Positions 61,991 through 64,000 of a DNA stretch of 64,000 bases are shown here, one piece after another. A program made the translations under genes and the position numbers. Numbering within the stretch: the first letter of the stretch is position 1; every line of letters begins with the position of its first letter. The notes below the pieces were generated by a model. The model searched no databases. It was not told the DNA's origin and was given only the letters and a program-made list of their open reading frames with translations. Origin of the DNA: Macrostomum lignano (Eukaryota); NCBI GenBank assembly GCA_002269645.1, contig NIVC01001153.1, forward strand, positions 62,001-126,000. Direction: 5' to 3'.

Positions 61991-63055
61991 CTCGTTCGCT
62001 TTATTTTCCTAACGGATCAAAAATGTTTTCATTTCGTCGCTTATTTATTGATGCGTGGAGGCTAAAAAAGCAGAGGGAGAAGCTGACGATCATTTTTTGC
62101 TTGAGCTCCGGCCAATGATTGCCTCTATGCCCATCCAATAAACGGGTGGGCGTTTTTCAAACCATATTTGGATAATAAGATGGAGTTTACTGAGCTAGGA
62201 GTGGCTCTGGCTCTCAGACCCATGCGAATGTGCATCAGACTGTACCTGCTTAGCAACTTACTAACCAATTCCAATAGCTTGATTCTAGAGTCAGTAGCTC
62301 AACTCTTTTAAACAATAAACTTCCAGTTCCCATCGGTTGCAAACAAAAAGCTGCCCGCCCCGACCGCACCTGCCTTCTTCTTCGCATACGGGCGCCAAGC
62401 GTCTCTTCAACAGTTTCTGCTGGCTGTATGCGCCTGCAGGTTGAGCCACGCATCAACAACACTAAGAGCTTTTTTAACTCATCGCTTGGATGACTGCGCA
62501 TATTTAATGAGAAAAATTGCCACAGCTAGCCATTGCTCTAGAAAAGCGTCAGTCTGAACAGGCAATTTCTGGTCAGCGTTTTTTTCTCTGCCATCCCATG
62601 CACAGCTCTGGGCCATCGGCTCTGTCTAATAATTTGACTTAAGCCCGTCAACGCCGGGTAGGAGAGAGAGAGAAAGAGAGGAAAATACTTCTCGTGATGA
62701 AGTGAGTCAGCGGCGTAGCTAGCAATTAGTCTCTGAGAATTTTTTATAAACCATCCTCTGTCAGAAAAGTTTTAAATTGGCATTAAAACAGAAGCATATG
62801 GATGCTTGTAACTTCAGTTCGAGTCTCATCCCCAACCATATCTTGAGCACTTGATCATACACTTGGCAAGATTAACCCAACAAGTTCTCCACTGTCTAAC
62901 CATGCAAAGCTAGCTATAACTCAAGCGACTGAGCATAAAAGTAGTAAATCCTTGGCCTATGCTGTTTAGTTACCCTTTTTGTTGGTTTAGCGCACAAACT
63001 TCAGTTATACTACTCGTAGAATATCAGGAACTTAGTCTTCCTAAAAATCCGAAAG

Positions 63056-63362
63056 CTGGGGTCGGCAAACTCAAGTCCAGCCTGCATAGCATCTCAATTT
63101 GGCCCCCAGGTCCTTTGAAACTTCACAATTGCAATTCAGCCCACTTAAGTTTTGTGCTTCTTCTCTGCTCTTTTCTCTCAAATAATTTCTTTTCTCTTCT
63201 CTCCTTTCCTCTCTGAGGCTAGCTATATTCTTTCTTTGCCTCTACTTTTCTTTATCCCTCCTCTATTTTCTGTGACCCTCTTATCTCTTCCCTTCTTTGG
63301 CCTACAGTCATGCACTAGATTCTCTATCTGGCCTTGGAGGTAAAAAATTTTGCCAACCCCTG
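63056..63362. mobile_element. hAT-like MITE, ~307 bp
   Basis: Ends CTGGGGTCGGCAAA / TTTGCCAACCCCTG; homologous to 6015-6276; TSD decayed. Confidence 0.7.
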
Positions 63363-64000
63363 TTTTAAAGGAACAATAACGCTTATTAACATCGTAGCAA
63401 AAATGCACTACATACTACTGCTGATCTTTTGATATAGTAGAAATTCAAGATCAGCTTTGTAGCTTAATACTAAATAGCATTAGTCCAGAACTAACAATGT
63501 GTAAACTAAAATTTATGATCAAATCCTAAAGGCTACTTGGTAAAAAAAATATCATTAGAAATTAAAGTTTCTGCTTCAAATAAAATAAGAGCCTTTAATG
63601 TGCCATACAATTATTGACAGAAAGTATTTAAGGTACTTAAGGCTTATTTATGACATCTTGTCTAAGCCTGGTTCTTGAAGTGGAAAGCCTTTTTTGAAAA
63701 ATAAACTTGTAGGCAACTATGCAACAAATATTTTTATTTTGAATATTTCTTAAAATAATATTTGTAGTTATTTTTTGTTCAAATTGAGCCAGACTTTAGC
63801 ATAAATAGATATGATTCTCTACCAGAAGATAACTTTTTCCACTTCCACTATTTATAGGTTTTTAACCACTTAAAATAAATAGCCTATTTAGAATAAATAT
63901 TGAAAATCAAATCAAAATTACTTTATTTCTTTGTAAAGTGAGATAAAAGAAACATATACTATATACACTACTAATAAGTAAAATACTGAGATCAGAAGGC

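Overview
This is eukaryotic (animal) genomic DNA, not prokaryotic. GC-rich exons, AT-rich introns and many tandem arrays resemble a free-living flatworm such as Macrostomum (inference only). Genes in order: the 3' part of a neuropeptide-type GPCR (+); two divergent beta-tubulin genes whose second exons are almost identical; a ~14-exon minus-strand gene with degenerate NDK-like modules (DNAAF8/Daap1-like); PWP1 (+), head-to-head with it; a small two-exon secreted 6-Cys protein of unknown family (-); eIF3b (+); a frameshifted neprilysin (M13) fragment (-); EAPP (-); and a zinc-finger gene (-). Over 20 minisatellite arrays occur, most filling an otherwise short intron. Mobile elements: a Penelope-like fragment, several hAT-type MITEs with 8-bp TSDs, an internally deleted hAT, a Gypsy gag relic and tRNA-derived SINEs (one with a MIR-like CORE). 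Most notable: an apparent gene-conversion tract between the tubulins, CpG-free introns plus a CTG->CTA/TTG codon shift at the 5' end of housekeeping genes, an intronic RFX X-box-like array in a putative ciliary gene, and the orphan secreted peptide. All exon coordinates were read by hand.
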